The notes: generated by a model from the letters alone, not told the origin. A DNA stretch of 64,000 nucleotides from Candidatus Woesearchaeota archaeon (GCA_016932315.1 JAFGDD010000008.1:8588-72587); one strand, 5' to 3'; positions 46,241-55,459 are shown, numbered from the stretch's first letter. Numbers and translations are program-made.

Positions 46241-47881
46241 TCAGTCTTTCTCTCCATTACCATTCCCATTGTTACCATTATCATCTGCTTTTTCATCATC
46301 AGCTTCTCCTTTGAGTGATTCCATCTCCATTATTTCTTCCTGGATTTCTTTCTTCTTTATCATCTCATTAAGATGCTTTACAATCTTGTCCTTGCTTTCT
46401 CCTGTTAATCTTGCAAGAGCATCAGCAACTTCTGGAATATACCTCTCAAAAAGATTTGCTCTTTCTAATTGGTTCTTTACTCTGTGCTTCTTGTGAACAT
46501 AAGTCTGAAGCCTTCTTCCTGCTTCCTGCAATGCAAGCCTTATCTCGTCTATAATCTCAGGGTAGTGAGCTATTGCTTCTTTGCTTTCACTGGTGAAAGG
46601 AACCCACACGCTTGCTATATGCACTGCAATGGTTACTGGCCCTGTTGGCAGTGCTCCGTTGCTCTGCTGCAACCCATAAGGCTTCCAATTTGTTTGAGTT
46701 ACGCTCTTGTAAATGCTGCAAGCTCCTTGCTGGTAGAGCAATGGGACCCTGTTGGCGAATCGTAATAAGTTAATTGAGCCGTCTGCCTGTTGGTTTCCTC
46801 CATAAGCAATTGCTACTTCTACCTGGAACGGGTTGCCTCTGTAAACTGTCGGGCTCCTGCTGACTGCGCAGTAGAATTCTGCGTTAACCTCTTTTCTTAA
46901 TCCTTTCTCAAATAATTCCTCGCCTATCGGGCTTATGCAGTCTGTTGGCGGGCTTATTATTTTTGTCTCCTTGATTGCATTGATGAGCTTTTCAGCATCG
47001 TCTCTTGAAACCTTTTTTGGAGCTGTATTAGGAGGCACCAATGCTTTTTCGCAGATTTCCTTTGCAGTGCCAGGCCCGACTCTTGAGAACTCATTAGTAA
47101 GAAAGGCTTGCAATGTGCGGAACTCTGTGTTACTCATCATCTTCAAAAGAATTCCGAGCTCTACCCCGTATGGGTGAGGCTTTATCTCTTTTGGCTGCTT
47201 AGGCATTTGCTCGCTTGCTCTTGGAAATATTATCTGCTCTGCCTTAGGATTAACATAAGTGATTGTGACGTGAGGATTAATGATTGCAGTCTCTTTCAAG
47301 TATTCGTCAACGCTTTGAAGGCCTTTGAGATAGCTTCCTTCAATGTCAAGCTCTACCCTTGTTCCGTGAGGCTTATCCCATTCCTTGGCTTCATCTCCTA
47401 ATATTAATGGCTTGTTAGTGATTGTGTCTATTTTTAGCTCATAATAATTAGCAGGCTTGTTAGGAGCAATCTTGCTAAGGATTCTTGCAGGCCTGCCTGT
47501 TGTTAATTGGGCGTACATCACGCTTGCGCTTATTCCTATTCCTTGCTGCCCTCTGCCCTGCTTTAATCTGTGGAACTTGCTGCCGTAGAGAAGCTTTGCA
47601 AAGACTTTTGGTATTTGTTCCTTTACAATGCCTGGCCCATTATCCTCGACAACGACGCGAAAGCGCTCATTGCCCATGTCTATTAGTTCTACAAGTACTT
47701 CCGGCACTATTTCTGCTTCTTCGCAAGCATCTAATGAGTTGTCAACAGCTTCTTTTACTGCTGTTAGCAAGGCTTTTCTCTTATTATCAAAGCCTAGTAA
47801 GTGCCTGTTTTTCTCAAAGAATTCTGCAACAGAGATTTCTCTCTGCTTCTTTGCTAATTCCTCAGCCTTAGTAGTAGCCAT
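46241..47881 (-). CDS. top6B: DNA topoisomerase VI subunit B (GHKL ATPase)
   Basis: Bergerat-fold motifs (EAVDNSLDA, VEDNGPGI, GQQGIGISA). Immediately upstream of top6A. Confidence 0.9.
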   Translation of the reverse strand: MATTKAEELAKKQREISVAEFFEKNRHLLGFDNKRKALLTAVKEAVDNSLDACEEAEIVPEVLVELIDMGNERFRVVVEDNGPGIVKEQIPKVFAKLLYGSKFHRLKQGRGQQGIGISASVMYAQLTTGRPARILSKIAPNKPANYYELKIDTITNKPLILGDEAKEWDKPHGTRVELDIEGSYLKGLQSVDEYLKETAIINPHVTITYVNPKAEQIIFPRASEQMPKQPKEIKPHPYGVELGILLKMMSNTEFRTLQAFLTNEFSRVGPGTAKEICEKALVPPNTAPKKVSRDDAEKLINAIKETKIISPPTDCISPIGEELFEKGLRKEVNAEFYCAVSRSPTVYRGNPFQVEVAIAYGGNQQADGSINLLRFANRVPLLYQQGACSIYKSVTQTNWKPYGLQQSNGALPTGPVTIAVHIASVWVPFTSESKEAIAHYPEIIDEIRLALQEAGRRLQTYVHKKHRVKNQLERANLFERYIPEVADALARLTGESKDKIVKHLNEMIKKKEIQEEIMEMESLKGEADDEKADDNGNNGNGNGEKD

Positions 47882-48050
47882 TGCTTAATTCCTTAATTCT
47901 TAAGTCTATCTTGTTAACAGTAAGAAAAAAGGACATAAGTTATTTATAAGGTTTGTGGAAAGAAGACAAAAAGGTTACAAAGATAGAAAGTTTTCTTGAA
48001 ATAAATAAGTTCTTCCGGATTTTTATAATAGCATTATTTAAACCAGTTGC

Positions 48051-48386
48051 TTGAATGATAAGCCCTGTTTCACAATGAACGGGCTTGAAAAGATTAAAAA
48101 ATTCCTTGAAGAAATTAAGGACGAAGACGTCATATTCAAATTGCATTTTTATGAAAGGACAGCTGACAGGCCGATATCAGAAGAACTGGTAAGAAGAAGC
48201 ATTAAAAACACAACTAACTTACTCAAAGCAGAAGAGCAGCCTGCGAGAAGGTTTGAAGAGAACAAGTACAAGCTGTGGATAAAGCTAAGCAACAAATACT
48301 GCCTGGTTTTGGTAATCGTAATAAAGGGAAAAACTTTATATATCATAACAGGCTGGAATAGTGATACAAAATGGCTAAAAAAATAA
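48051..48386 (+). CDS. DUF4258-like small protein (putative toxin of a DUF4258/DUF2283 pair)
   Basis: FKLHFYERTADRPISEELVRRSIKN...YCLVLVIVIKGKTLYIITGW resembles DUF4258. Overlaps the DUF2283-like gene by 16 nt. Confidence 0.4.
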   Translation: MNDKPCFTMNGLEKIKKFLEEIKDEDVIFKLHFYERTADRPISEELVRRSIKNTTNLLKAEEQPARRFEENKYKLWIKLSNKYCLVLVIVIKGKTLYIITGWNSDTKWLKK

Positions 48387-48715
48387 TATATGACAGCGAG
48401 GAAGACATATTATCCCTGACAAAAGGGGTAAAGGTGAAGTCATCCATGGACATAGGGGACTTTGTGATAGACATAGACCATGAAGGATTCATTTCCGGAA
48501 TAGAAATACTCAACGCTTCCCAGAATCTCGGCATTGAGGAAGAACAGCTGAAAACAATAGAAGAAGCGAGCATGAACATAACCTACAAGCCAGGGCATGT
48601 ATTGATATCGCTCTTATTAAAATCAAAAAGAAAAGAAAAAGAAATAGCCATACCATTAACAGTTGATTTAGGGCGCACTGCAAAAACAGAAAAGACCAGA
48701 TTTGCGATAGCCTAG
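48371..48715 (+). CDS. DUF2283-like small protein (putative antitoxin partner)
   Basis: KIIYDSEEDILSL...IDIDHEGFISGIEILNAS closely follows the DUF2283 consensus (YD.E.D.LYI...D.D..G.IVGIEIL.AS). Confidence 0.5.
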   Translation: MAKKIIYDSEEDILSLTKGVKVKSSMDIGDFVIDIDHEGFISGIEILNASQNLGIEEEQLKTIEEASMNITYKPGHVLISLLLKSKRKEKEIAIPLTVDLGRTAKTEKTRFAIA

Positions 48716-48866
48716 CAATTAATCTTGCGAACAGCCATAGAAGCTTTTATGAATTTCTCTATCTCATTAATCAATTCAGGGTCCTCGCTTAATTCAGTCT
48801 TCTTAGCCATGATGTTATGGGAGGAAGAGCGATTATATAAATTTTATTAAGAAGAGAAAGGAAGGA

Positions 48867-49289
48867 TTACGGATAAAATTCTTTCAGGTTCTCCTTTATT
48901 ATGCTGTTCTTCATTTCAAGAGTTTTCCTGATTATGATTTTTCCTTGCTTTAACCCTATTTTTGTGCCGTAGTAATTGATGTTGTTCCTGATGAACCTTA
49001 ATCTGTCAAACAAATCATATTTTGCTCTTCCAAGAGCATCCTTTAGCAGGAGCCCAAGGCAGACGTGCGAGGTCACTTTGTAGCCTTTTGATATGCACAA
49101 TGCTTCCAAAGCTTCCCTTAAAGAGTCATAGGCTAGTGAAGCATAGACTGATATGTTTTCAGTGTCAAGGACTATTTTCCTTATTGCTTTTTCTTTTAGA
49201 TCGGACATCTCTATCAAGGATTTGATTAGATTAGAATCTATTCTTGTCTTCTTGATTAATCCTTTTTCAAAGCACTCATCGATGTCCAT
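48867..49289 (-). CDS. HEPN-like domain protein (partner of the upstream nucleotidyltransferase)
   Basis: All-alpha protein with RLRFIRNNINYYG, which is Rx4-6H-like with Tyr in place of His. 35-nt overlap with the MNT gene. Confidence 0.4.
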   Translation of the reverse strand: MDIDECFEKGLIKKTRIDSNLIKSLIEMSDLKEKAIRKIVLDTENISVYASLAYDSLREALEALCISKGYKVTSHVCLGLLLKDALGRAKYDLFDRLRFIRNNINYYGTKIGLKQGKIIIRKTLEMKNSIIKENLKEFYP

Positions 49290-49801
49290 TCCACGCTTCC
49301 CTGCAGGGTAATCCCGTTCAAGAGGTTGTTTATTAAATGCGTGTTGCTAAAATCGGAGATTTTCCGGGCGGTTAGCAAATGGATATTGTGCTTTAATTTT
49401 GATTCGTATTGCTTTAATTCCTTTGGAACACTGGTTTTCTCGCTGATGATTGCGATGTCCAAGTCACTGGTTTCTGTGTCGTAGCCTGATGAGAAAGAGC
49501 CGAATAAGATGATGATGGGCTTCAGGTAATAATTGTTCAGGAAGCTGATTAAGCCTGATTCTTTTATTGATTTTATATTATAATAAACCTTTAAGTCCCT
49601 GTATTCTTCTGATTCAATGTTTGCCTTGAAAAGTAAAAGATTCTTGAAATTTCTTTGCTTTAACAAGGATTTAGCAAAAGACTTTAACTTCTTGCTGGCA
49701 CTTGCAGGCGAGATATTTATTATTCTTGCTATTTCCCTTACATTGAATTCTTTCGTTGGGTTAATTAGGAAAGGCTTTAAAATGTTTAATTCATTAAACA
49801 T
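49256..49801 (-). CDS. wHTH + minimal nucleotidyltransferase (MNT) protein
   Basis: ILFGSFSSGYDTETSDLDIAIISE is the GS-x(n)-DxD Pol-beta-type NTase motif. N-terminal wHTH (FNVREIARIINISPASASKKL). Confidence 0.65.
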   Translation of the reverse strand: MFNELNILKPFLINPTKEFNVREIARIINISPASASKKLKSFAKSLLKQRNFKNLLLFKANIESEEYRDLKVYYNIKSIKESGLISFLNNYYLKPIIILFGSFSSGYDTETSDLDIAIISEKTSVPKELKQYESKLKHNIHLLTARKISDFSNTHLINNLLNGITLQGSVEWTSMSALKKD

Positions 49802-49823
49802 ATGTTTAAAATAATGAACGAGA

Positions 49824-49840
49824 ATATATAAATGTTACGG
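49824..49840 (-). promoter_or_regulatory. Putative archaeal BRE-TATA promoter (minus-strand ccgtaacatttatatat) ~25-30 nt upstream of the MNT gene start
   Basis: A 17-mer identical except at one position recurs at 51238-51254, upstream of the paralogous MNT gene. Confidence 0.4.
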
Positions 49841-49857
49841 TAATCTGAATAAACAAT

Positions 49858-50049
49858 CTACAAACCCAGCAGCTTGAACACCAGGAAAGCAGGCCAGAAC
49901 AAAGCCTTGATTATTCCTAGCAACGCGTTCCAAAAAGACGTTGATGCTGAAATGTAATAAACAGCAGCGCCAATAAAGCCCATACCGTAAACAGCACTAC
50001 CAGAATGGCAATGAACACTCCCATAATTACTCTTCTTCTTAGGCATCAA
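49858..50049 (-). CDS. Small hypothetical membrane protein (63 aa)
   Basis: Gly/Ala-rich hydrophobic helices (GMGFIGAAVYYISAS, LLGIIKALFWPAFLVF). Could be spurious. Confidence 0.2.
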   Translation of the reverse strand: MMPKKKSNYGSVHCHSGSAVYGMGFIGAAVYYISASTSFWNALLGIIKALFWPAFLVFKLLGL

Positions 50050-50157
50050 AAATCACCTCCTGATTTTTGGGCCTTCAAAAAACAATGTTTTTTGATAGGC
50101 ATACGAATCACCTCAGAGAGGATACTGGGGATAAGAGTATAAAAAGGTTGCGGGACT

Positions 50158-50676
50158 TTATGCTTCCAGCATCATGCTAATCTTAGCTATGAACTTTGTT
50201 GCGTTATTGAATATCTCTTCCAGTCTTCGCTGAGTGTAAGTCTTTATGGCTGAGTACCTTGCTATGCGGCTTTCTTTTTTTGCATCCTCAAAGTACTTCA
50301 CGTATTCATCCTCAAATATTTTGTAAGCTTGGTTTAATAGTTCTAAATCCTGTTTTTCCATTTCATCCGGCACTAGAAGGTAACCCAGTGCTATTTGCGC
50401 TGCATCATGGTCCCTTGCTTCATAGCCTTTGCTCAGGATGGCTGCTTTGGCTGAATAAAGCATTGAGTAATATGATACTGTGATTGCCCAGTAATCCCAG
50501 AAGAGCTTTTTAGGCTCTTTCAGCCTGATATCTTTCAAATGCTTTGCTATTAATAAGCTGTTCTTGGCTTTTTCCATGAACAATTTTATCTTGAAGAACT
50601 GGCTTGATTTCTTGATTCTGCTGTCTTTTAAGAATTCTTTGAATGATTCCTTGTACTCTTCCATGCAATCTCCCAA
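50158..50676 (-). CDS. HEPN-like all-alpha protein (partner of the upstream nucleotidyltransferase)
   Basis: 172-aa helical protein overlapping the MNT gene by 49 nt. Same arrangement as the 48867/49256 pair. Confidence 0.35.
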   Translation of the reverse strand: MGDCMEEYKESFKEFLKDSRIKKSSQFFKIKLFMEKAKNSLLIAKHLKDIRLKEPKKLFWDYWAITVSYYSMLYSAKAAILSKGYEARDHDAAQIALGYLLVPDEMEKQDLELLNQAYKIFEDEYVKYFEDAKKESRIARYSAIKTYTQRRLEEIFNNATKFIAKISMMLEA

Positions 50677-51212
50677 AAGGAAGAGGGGTTATTTAAAATG
50701 ATATGATTAATTTTCGCTTGTTTTCCGACGTTTTCGTCAGGCTTTCGGAGCATTGCCTTGAACTCAGACTCCTTTATGAAAATTGCATTGACTTTCTTTT
50801 TGTGCAATAATTCGAAAGAAGAAGATGAGAAAGACTTATTTCCTTTCTTGTTAATAACTAATAAATCAATATCGCTCTTGTCAGAAAATGAATTGTCAGC
50901 ATAGCTGCCGAACAATAAGATGATGTCATTTGATAATTCCTTTGAGAGCAAGGAGATTAATTTATTATGCTTAAGATAATCATTCTTTTCCTCAAAAGAA
51001 GAAACTGCAAGGTAAGACGAGATGATTGGATTGCCAGCTAATGAGATGATCTTAGCCTTGCCGACAGGCTTGATTATTAATAAATCCTTCATCCTGCTGA
51101 CAGTTCGGTAAAAAGTTGCATAAGGAATCTTAAGGATAGAACTAAGATTATGCATGGTAAAAGATTGATCGTTCTTACCCAGATAATTAATGATTCTTAA
51201 AATATTATCCAT
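50628..51212 (-). CDS. wHTH + minimal nucleotidyltransferase (MNT) protein, paralog
   Basis: LLFGSYADNSFSDKSDIDLLVI NTase motif. N-terminal wHTH (FTMHNLSSILKIPYATFYRTVSRM). Confidence 0.65.
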   Translation of the reverse strand: MDNILRIINYLGKNDQSFTMHNLSSILKIPYATFYRTVSRMKDLLIIKPVGKAKIISLAGNPIISSYLAVSSFEEKNDYLKHNKLISLLSKELSNDIILLFGSYADNSFSDKSDIDLLVINKKGNKSFSSSSFELLHKKKVNAIFIKESEFKAMLRKPDENVGKQAKINHIILNNPSSFWEIAWKSTRNHSKNS

Positions 51213-51237
51213 AAACGAATAATATTAACCAGAAATG

Positions 51238-51254
51238 ATATATAAAGGTTACGG
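51238..51254 (-). promoter_or_regulatory. Putative BRE-TATA promoter (minus-strand ccgtaacctttatatat)
   Basis: Same 17-mer, with one mismatch, as the one upstream of the paralogous MNT gene at 49824-49840. Confidence 0.4.
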
Positions 51255-51529
51255 AAAGAGGGATGCATGGGGCGAAAAGAACTCATTGCGCTTTTTCTGC
51301 AAAATCTACGCTTTTTTATAATAGCATTTTATTAAGAACTTAATAAAAAATAATTTCATGGTCAATGAATTTACCACTGAAAAAAGCGCGGCACACTTAT
51401 ATTTTAAAAACAAAATAGATTTGTCTTTGTATCAACAACTCTTACAAAAAATTGCGGAAAGAAGGCATAAGAATGAAATTCTAAAAAAGAAAAATAGAAG
51501 AAGTATGTCATCGACAAAGTGGAACTGAG

Positions 51530-53404
51530 CTAGGCTTCCATCCTACTTCTAAAAAATCTTTCAACATCTTTATCCATAAAGTATACGTAACAGCCTTTCA
51601 TTCCACGTGAAAGCAATACGCGATAGACGTTTTTTACATATTTGACAAATTCATCTTTAGATCGTTTAACTTGAGAATCTGCCGAGTTTTCGGGTCGACC
51701 AATCCATTCCTGTTTATCGAAATCATATCCTAAATCTTTACCAACTATCACACCAACATAATCAAATTCAAATCCTTGAATCGTATAAATGCTTCCTGCC
51801 TGATTAACGCCGTTTGGGTCGTAAGCCCAAAGTGCAGCACGAGGAACGCCAGAGGCTAAAAATCTCGCTTCATTCTTACCTTCCCAAGTAATCTTAAAAT
51901 CCCCAATTACAACATCTTCTTTAAGAGTTCCATCTGGGTTTGGATCGCTCCACGACCAGCAAAATCCGGCAACTAATCTTGCAGAATTAGGTTTTTCTTT
52001 ATTTTTACCCTTTATTGTTTCATAAAGTTCTTGTGGAGAGCTAAATATTTTGAATTCAAAAGATTCTTTCTCATTCCATAATATGTTAGCAGTCTTTTTT
52101 ATCCCTAAAGTATTATTAATCCAATTAACAAACGCATCTGAACCTTGACATCTAAATTGCGCTTCCAGCTCGTATTCAAATATATTGCATGCATGCAGTT
52201 GAGCATATTCTTTTATATATGCTGTTGACCCCATCTCATCAGGTCGAACGTTTTGATCATCATCTATAAAAAAAACGCATACTTTGGCGACCTTTAAAAG
52301 CTCCTCTATTTGTGTTCCCCTTGACCTTTGGAGTGCAGGTGTAAATCTGCTGTTGCTAGTTTTTCTTATTCTGTGAGATTCATCAGAAATTAAAACATCG
52401 ATTTCATTTGGTTGAGCCTCGCGATAGCTGTTAAAATATTTAAACTGAATCGAACCACGAACCCCAATTATTTTTCTTAAAGTCTCTGTAAAAGCCTTTG
52501 ATCCTGTAGCATAATGCGCGTTATAACTTTTGAGTAAAAGGTCAGCCATTAAATTTATTGCAATAACTGATTTTCCCGTACCAGGCCCCCCTTTTACGAT
52601 TATAACGGCTTTCTGCTTATCATGAAAACCTTTTTTTGCGCAACTAAGAACTTTGTCATAAACAATTAACTGTTCATCCAATAAGATGTACTCTGATTTT
52701 CCTTTAATAATGCTTCCCACATGATCCATTAATTTTTTACTGGGTCGAAACTTGCTATTCTCTATTTTTGAAAGGATTTCCAAACCTTGTCCTTTATCTA
52801 GTTTGTGAAGTAAAAAATCTTTTAACTTTTCCACGTCATCCGCCGTAAATAAAGGAAATTTTTCAATTAATTTCTGGAATTTCTCTGAAAATATTACGTC
52901 GCTTTCATCAAAATGATAATTGTGTAAATATGTGCATGAATCCAGTTTAATATTATCTCCTTCACTATTGAATGCAGTATGTGAATCTTCTAAATACATT
53001 TGATACTGCCCTACTTGAGCAGAAGGATGCAGAACTTCTCTTTTACCTCCTCCTACCCAGGTTAAAACTTCATTTTCTCCGCTAGCATCTTCACACTTAT
53101 CCCATTGCTTAAGTTCAATAATGATTGCGTGCTCATTACCAGCCTCATCTTTGCCTGAAATCATACAGTCAAGCCTTTTAGAAGTTAAAGGCAACTGATA
53201 TTCTAAAATTATCCCATGATCCATTAAATTAGCGTATTGAAAAACTTGTGATATGGCACGCAATGAATTTCTCCAAGAAGTTATTTCTGCTGGGGAAGGA
53301 TTGAATCTGAAGTAGTTAAAAAAAGCAATTTTTAATTTTTCACTGATTTGGTTTTGTACAGTATCCTGAATGAATTGTTGAGATGAACCAGAATAAAGTC
53401 TCAT
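51530..53404 (-). CDS. PD-(D/E)xK nuclease-like N-terminal domain fused to DUF2075/Schlafen-like SF1-type P-loop ATPase
   Basis: N-terminus RLDCMISG...AIIIELKQW has the D...ExK pattern. The central region has Walker A IIVKGGPGTGKS and Walker B VLISDESHRI. Conserved DUF2075-like blocks (VFFIDDDQNV, RCQGS) lie toward the C-terminus. 624 aa. Confidence 0.65.
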   Translation of the reverse strand: MRLYSGSSQQFIQDTVQNQISEKLKIAFFNYFRFNPSPAEITSWRNSLRAISQVFQYANLMDHGIILEYQLPLTSKRLDCMISGKDEAGNEHAIIIELKQWDKCEDASGENEVLTWVGGGKREVLHPSAQVGQYQMYLEDSHTAFNSEGDNIKLDSCTYLHNYHFDESDVIFSEKFQKLIEKFPLFTADDVEKLKDFLLHKLDKGQGLEILSKIENSKFRPSKKLMDHVGSIIKGKSEYILLDEQLIVYDKVLSCAKKGFHDKQKAVIIVKGGPGTGKSVIAINLMADLLLKSYNAHYATGSKAFTETLRKIIGVRGSIQFKYFNSYREAQPNEIDVLISDESHRIRKTSNSRFTPALQRSRGTQIEELLKVAKVCVFFIDDDQNVRPDEMGSTAYIKEYAQLHACNIFEYELEAQFRCQGSDAFVNWINNTLGIKKTANILWNEKESFEFKIFSSPQELYETIKGKNKEKPNSARLVAGFCWSWSDPNPDGTLKEDVVIGDFKITWEGKNEARFLASGVPRAALWAYDPNGVNQAGSIYTIQGFEFDYVGVIVGKDLGYDFDKQEWIGRPENSADSQVKRSKDEFVKYVKNVYRVLLSRGMKGCYVYFMDKDVERFFRSRMEA

Positions 53405-53406
53405 TT

Positions 53407-53772
53407 TTATAATTCCGTATATTTTTTATTTAATCCCTTTATTTTTTCAACAGGGTATCTCTTTTCGTTTTTATCCATTTTTTTATTTAGTGCTGTTGTC
53501 AAATCAATATCGTATTTTTGTGATAGTCTTAAAAGAAAATAAAGAACGTCAGCCATTTCTTCAGATATTTCGCTTCTTTTTTCAGAATTACTAAATAACT
53601 CTTCCATTTGCGTACTAGTTTTAAATCTAAAATGGTCAAGAAGTTCTCCAGCTTCAGTTATTACGCCAATTGCCAATTCTTTAGCATCATGATATTGATC
53701 CCAGTCCCTGACTTCACAGAATATTCTTATTTTATCTTTGAGTTCCTGAATATTTGTTTTGGAATCCATCAT
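53407..53772 (-). CDS. MazG-like all-alpha NTP pyrophosphohydrolase (121 aa)
   Basis: Two EExxE/D metal-binding helices (GVITEAGELLDHF and ISEEMADVLYFLLRL). Its stop is 2 nt from the start of the DUF2075 gene. Confidence 0.6.
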   Translation of the reverse strand: MMDSKTNIQELKDKIRIFCEVRDWDQYHDAKELAIGVITEAGELLDHFRFKTSTQMEELFSNSEKRSEISEEMADVLYFLLRLSQKYDIDLTTALNKKMDKNEKRYPVEKIKGLNKKYTEL

Positions 53773-54026
53773 GAATGAGTGCTTTAAAAGAATATAAAAA
53801 CTTTCCTCTTTTTTCGGAATTCTTCCGCTTCCCCCTCTTCTCGTTAGAATTCGTGTTTGGAAGCGCCCAGATTTAATTTTCTTCTCGTTTTCTGAATAAG
53901 AATATCAATAATTGCCATTATTTCATCTCTATAAGTGCTAGACCGGTGATTTCGTTTAACATATTGATAGAATTAGTTTATAAGCTTCACGCGAGGATGT
54001 CCAGTGTGCACGGAATTCTTTCGGAA

Positions 54027-54056
54027 AATAAGCACTAGCACTGGACATGTTGACGT
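54027..54056. repeat. 30-nt repeat aataagcactagcactggacatgttgacgt (copy 1), ~100 nt upstream of the RHH-PIN pair
   Basis: Exact second copy at 55321-55350. The cactggacat core is mirrored by atgtccagtg at 53997-54006. Confidence 0.7.
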
Positions 54057-54156
54057 AGGATATTTAAATCGATATTCTTATCTTCCTCTCGGCATGTTAC
54101 CGAAACATTTAAATATTTGCACTGATTACACAGTTTTAGATGCAGAGGTAAATTTC

Positions 54157-54396
54157 ATGCCAACAATAACCTTGTCAGTGCCAGAGGATTTGAAAAAGGA
54201 AATGGACGAGTTAGAGTTCATCAACTGGTCTGCTGTTGCGAGAGAGGCTATCAAGGAAAAAGTATCTGAGCTCAGCTTGTTCAAGTCAATTGTTTCCAAG
54301 AGCAAGCTTAAAGAAAAAGACGCCTCAAAAATAGCAGACAGGATATCAGCTTCTATGCACAAGAAGTACAAGGAAAAGTTTCCTGGGCTGAAATAA
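54157..54396 (+). CDS. Ribbon-helix-helix (CopG/VapB-like) antitoxin
   Basis: MPTITLSVPEDLKKEMDE..NWSAVAREAIKEKV is a typical RHH N-terminus. Stop is adjacent to the PIN gene start. Confidence 0.5.
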   Translation: MPTITLSVPEDLKKEMDELEFINWSAVAREAIKEKVSELSLFKSIVSKSKLKEKDASKIADRISASMHKKYKEKFPGLK

Positions 54397-54831
54397 ATGA
54401 GAATAGTAGTGGATGCTAATGTACTCTGCGCAGCATTGCTTGCCAAGGGCAAGACTGCAGAACTCTTGTTCTCAGATCAGATAGAGCCCATTGCTCCTGA
54501 ATTATTGTTCACAGAACTTGAAAGGAACAGGGAAGAGCTTCTTGAAAAAACTAAGTTATCTGAAAATGATTTTAACATTCTCATAGCACTTTTCAGGAAA
54601 AGAATAAGAATAATCCCTGCAATAGAGTTCGCAGATAAGCTGATAGAAGCCAACCAGCTCTTAAAAAATCATAAAAAAGATACTGAGTTCGTCGCATTAG
54701 CTCTAAAACTTCATTGCCCATTATGGTCTAAGGAAAAAAGGCTCAAAAAGATTAATGGAATCCTTGTTCTGGATGCAAATGATATTACCGGAAGATTCTT
54801 TCCCGCTTCAAGCAAGGATGGTACAATCTAA
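54397..54831 (+). CDS. PIN-domain ribonuclease (VapC-like toxin)
   Basis: MRIVVDANVLCAALL opens with the first conserved Asp, and other acidic residues (E..ELE, LVLDAND) follow. 144 aa. Confidence 0.6.
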   Translation: MRIVVDANVLCAALLAKGKTAELLFSDQIEPIAPELLFTELERNREELLEKTKLSENDFNILIALFRKRIRIIPAIEFADKLIEANQLLKNHKKDTEFVALALKLHCPLWSKEKRLKKINGILVLDANDITGRFFPASSKDGTI

Positions 54832-55229
54832 CCAACTCTTTTCTCGAACTCCTTCCGGGAAATATGCTTGCTTTTAATTATATTATCAAGCTTTTTCTTG
54901 TAATCAGGTCTCAGCTTCTTGGCTAGTTCAGGGTTCCAGATGTATGCTATGCTGCCTTTCTTGTCCAGGGCTACCTTGTTTATGCTTTCAAGGTAATCCA
55001 ATGCCACAAGGTAAGTTTGCCACATCACTTTTTTCGGCAGGTTCTTCCATAGCTTTGTCCGGTCGTATTCCCCGCTGTGCTTCTCTATTGCTTTCTCTAT
55101 CATGAGCACTGTGCTAAGAGTCGGAGACCTTTCATAAGGGCTTTTTCGCATAAACAAGGTATATATCAATTGATATATAAAGCTTTCGTTCCTGAACTGA
55201 ACCATGAAAATACTCTTTGAACTGCTCAT
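54828..55229 (-). CDS. Hypothetical protein
   Basis: 133-aa ORF. Its start codon lies inside the 29-nt repeat at 55226-55254. Confidence 0.3.
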   Translation of the reverse strand: MSSSKSIFMVQFRNESFIYQLIYTLFMRKSPYERSPTLSTVLMIEKAIEKHSGEYDRTKLWKNLPKKVMWQTYLVALDYLESINKVALDKKGSIAYIWNPELAKKLRPDYKKKLDNIIKSKHISRKEFEKRVG

Positions 55230-55254
55230 TTATATAATGCTACTAAGAATTTTC
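55226..55254. repeat. 29-nt repeat tcatttatataatgctactaagaa(t)tttc (copy 1)
   Basis: Second copy at 57043-57071 with one mismatch. Contains a TATA-like ttatataa. Confidence 0.7.
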
Positions 55255-55320
55255 GTGAATCCGATGTCATAATCGTAATCCTTTCAATATGCCCAGTATT
55301 TCTTTCAATTTATCGTCAAT

Positions 55321-55350
55321 AATAAGCACTAGCACTGGACATGTTGACGT
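55321..55350. repeat. 30-nt repeat aataagcactagcactggacatgttgacgt (copy 2), ~110 nt upstream of mazE
   Basis: Identical to 54027-54056. Confidence 0.7.
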
Positions 55351-55459
55351 CAGGCATATAAACATTCCCTGTTAAGCATCTTCAATCAAAACATTTATAT
55401 ACCTTTCCTTACTTTTCTTACAAGTAAGAAAGGTGATATTCATGGGGTTGTTAATCGGT

